A stretch of DNA of 64,000 bases, from the NCBI GenBank assembly GCA_964247055.1, contig OZ176052.1, positions 2,666,001-2,730,000 on the forward strand, written 5' to 3'. The DNA comes from Paragordius varius. Its lineage: Eukaryota > Animalia > Nematomorpha. The position numbers were made by a program, and so were the translations under genes. The notes beneath the pieces were generated by a model that made no database searches, had not been told where the DNA came from, and saw only the letters and a list, made by a program, of their open reading frames with translations. Each line of letters starts with the position of its first letter. Within the stretch, counting starts at the first letter, position 1. Of the stretch, positions 60,960 through 64,000 are shown in pieces.

Positions 60960-63600
60960 TTTAGAGACGGACTGGGAAATAAAGAGGAGCTTATTTGGAA
61001 ATGAAATGTTAGGGGAGAGAACTTTAGAAATAAACGAAAATGAAATAAAAAGGATATTAGGAAAAGAGGAATATATTTGATTAAAATGGAAAAGGATGAA
61101 AATATAAATATGAGTGAATCTTTAAAAACGGAGTAGATAAAAAATGGTGTATCCTAAGAAAGGGGTATATTGATATGAAGAATATTGTAACTTTAGAAAC
61201 GGATAAAGTGGATGAAGAAGAGTAAAACTATAACTTTAATAGTAACGGATGAAAAGGATATAAAGAATAGTGGAATTTTAGAGAAACGGAAAAAGTAGAT
61301 ACGAAGAAGTGGGTAAAGAAAAACGGATGAACGGGATATGAAAAAAGTTACTCTAAATTGAAACGGTTGAAAATGATTTGAAGAAGGGTGGAACTTTAAT
61401 AAAATTTTAGATATAGAGAATGGCGGAACTTTAATTGAAACGAATGAATGGGAAATGATGAAGGGTGGAACTTTAATGGAATTGAATGGAAAAGGAAGAA
61501 GAGTACTTTAATAGAACCGGGTGAATGGGAAATGAAGAAGGGTGGAACTTTAATAGAATCGGATGAAGGGGAACTGAAGATAGGTGAAACTTCTTTAATA
61601 GAACCCGATGAATTGGAAATGAAGAAGGATGGAACTTTAATAGAAACGGATGAAGGGGAAAAGAAGAAGGGTGGAACTTTAATAGAAACGGATGAAGGAA
61701 AATGAAGAAGGATGGAACTTTAATAGATACGGATGAATGGGAAAAGAAGAAGAGTGGAACTTTAATAGAAACGGATGAAGGGGATATGAAGAAGGGTAGA
61801 ACTTTAATAGAAACGGATGAAGAGGAATTGAAGAAGGATGGAACTTGATTTGAAACGGATGAAGGGGAAAGGAAGAACTGGAACTTTAATAGAAACGGGT
61901 GAATCGGAAATGAAGAAGGGTGAAAAACTTGATTTGAAACGGATGAAGGGGAAAGGAAGAACTGGAACTTTAATAGAAACGGGTGAATCGGAAATGAAGA
62001 AGGGTGGAACTGAAGGGGAAATGAAGAAGGGTGAAAAACTTGATTTGAAACGGATGAAGGGGAAATGAAGAACTGGAACTTTAATAGAAACGGGTGAATC
62101 GGAAATGAAGAAGAATGGAACTTGATTTGAAACGGATGAAGGGGAAATGAAGAACTGGAACTTTAATAGAAACGGGTGAATCGGAAATGAAGAAGGGTGT
62201 AACTGAAGGGGAAATGAATAAGGGTGAAAAACTTCAATAGAAACGGATGAAGGGGAAATGAAGAACTGGAACTTTAATAGAAACGGGTGAATCGGAAATG
62301 AAGAAGTGTGTAACTGAAGGGGAAATGAATAAGGGTGAAAAACTTCAATAGAAACGGATGAAGGGGAAAGGAAGAACTGGAACTTTAATAGAAACGGGTG
62401 AATCGGAAATGAAGAAGAGTGGAGCTTTAATAGAAACGGATGAAGGGGAAATAAAGTAGGCTGGAACTTTAAAAGAAACGGATGAATCGGAAATGAAGAA
62501 GGGTGGAACTTTAATAGAAACGGGTTAAGCGGAAATAAAGAAGAGTGGGGCTTTAATCGCAACAGATATATGGGAAATTAAGAAGGATGGAACTTTAATA
62601 CAAACGGATGAATCGGAAATGAAAAAGAGTGGAATAATAGAAACGGATGAAGAAAAAATGAAGAAGGATGGAACTTTAATAGCAGATGAATCGGAAATGA
62701 AGAAGAGTGGAGCTTTAATAGAAACGGATGAAGGGGAAATGAAGTAGGTTGGAACTTTAAAAGAAACAGATGAATCAGAAATGTAGAAGAGTGGAATAAT
62801 AGAAACGGGTGACGGGGAAATGAAGAAGGGTGAAAAACTTTAATAGAAACGGATGAAGGGGAAATGAAGTGGAACTTTAGAAAGCGATATAAGATTAAAC
62901 GATGCAACTTTTGATCGCAAGGATGGGAAAGAGGAATTTTAACAAACTAGAGGGATTCGAAGAAGCGTGGACTGTAAAACGTGTTATAAGGAGGGTGCAA
63001 TTTTTGAAATGGAAGATATAAAGAAGGGTAGACTTTTGACGGAGGATATGAGAGAGTTGGAGCTTTAGAAACGCATGATTAGGATAAGAAGACCGATCAA
63101 ACACGGATGGAAGAAGTGGAACTGTAAAAGAAGGGACTGTAGGAGAGATAATTTTTAGAAAGGGAGAATTTAAAGAATGAGGAAAGCTTAGAAACGGACG
63201 ATATGAATAGGAGTATTTAAAAAGGAATGAAGCGAAGATCCTTAGGAAGAGATAAATAGCATTGAAAAACGGTGGAACTTTGGAACCCGATGATAGAAGG
63301 ATCGAACTTTGGAAATAGGGGACATGAGAAAGGGTTGAAAACGATGAATAGGATTGAAAAGCGATGGATTGGAAACAGAAGATATGAAATATGATGGAAC
63401 TTTAGAAAGGGATGAATAAGCTTGCAGAAGGGAGCAATTTTAGAGAGGAGATTAAGAATGGTGTTAGAAGCCGAGCATAAAAAGAAGGGTGCAACTTTGG
63501 AAATTAAGGATATATATATGGATGGAACTTTTAAAAGGAGGCTACGAAAAAGGGATAAATTTTAGAAACGGAGGATATGAAGAAGGGTAAAACTTTAGAC
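60960..63600. repeat. Purine-skewed minisatellite, ~42-bp unit GAAACGGATGAAGGGGAAATGAAGAAGGGTGGAACTTTAATA
   Basis: Homogeneous core ~61440-62880 with progressively degenerate flanks; 84-bp higher-order unit at 61881-61964. Confidence 0.92.
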
Positions 63601-64000
63601 CCCTTGTCCCGAATTACATAATTGCGCTTATGTATATTAGAGTATTTAATCAAAAAATCTTTTAAGAGTTAAAGGGTATTAAATTTCTGCTTATTAGATT
63701 GCGTTCGTCTATATATGATAAATATTATTAGTGATCGATTTTTTTATGCAAATTTAAATCTTACGTAAACTTTAATAAAAATGACATTTCCATATTTACT
63801 CTTATATAGTAAATTTTCAAAATATTTAGAATGATATATGGGATCTTAAAATTTTTGGAAATATAACGGAAAGATATTACCAAGTTTCATAACTCAATTA
63901 TATATGAATTTTTTATAGAATATAATAGACTCACAATTTTTTCACCCTTATATTTTTTACAATTTTCTCTGTAATAATTGCAACACTAAACCAAAAATTA

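Noticed and set aside
61448-63104. Long ORFs (up to 252 aa, F/P/S/H-rich) in the satellite
   Set aside because: The pyrimidine-rich strand rarely forms stop codons; the ORFs are by-products of the repeat and are broken by frameshifts.
1-64000. tRNA, rRNA, CRISPR or bacterial operon features
   Set aside because: None seen; the only tRNA-related sequence is the retrotransposon PBS.

Overview
This is an AT-rich eukaryotic (animal) genomic window with spliced genes, not prokaryotic DNA; the ORF track mostly shows exon fragments and TE/repeat artefacts. I reconstructed five protein-coding genes by hand using GT-AG sites and phase matching. They are an intronless TMEM121/CECR6-family membrane protein (140-1096, -), a signal-peptide protein with a TGF-beta type-I-receptor-like three-finger domain plus beta-rich FN3-like modules (10759-18828, -), a small secreted divergent VWA-like protein (25016-30044, +), a FEZ/UNC-76 homolog (36149-44825, +) and WDR43/UTP5 (47267-~55224, -). 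The rest is dense in TEs: a decayed Ty3/gypsy (Mag-like) LTR element, a hAT-Blackjack transposon with 8-bp TSD, a Mos1-like mariner relic, an RTE LINE fragment, two non-autonomous Helitrons, many MITEs and foldback elements, and a purine-skewed 42-bp minisatellite. The most notable observations are: (1) four 23-26 nt GT-AG introns needed to rebuild conserved proteins, in genes that also carry introns of hundreds to thousands of bases; (2) a minimal type I hammerhead ribozyme at 26988-27031; (3) a hAT element carrying an inverted, deletion-riddled second copy of its own transposase; (4) a foldback family that keeps its termini and 21-bp periodicity while changing the repeat sequence. All homology calls come from motif recognition, not database searches, and the organism is not determined.
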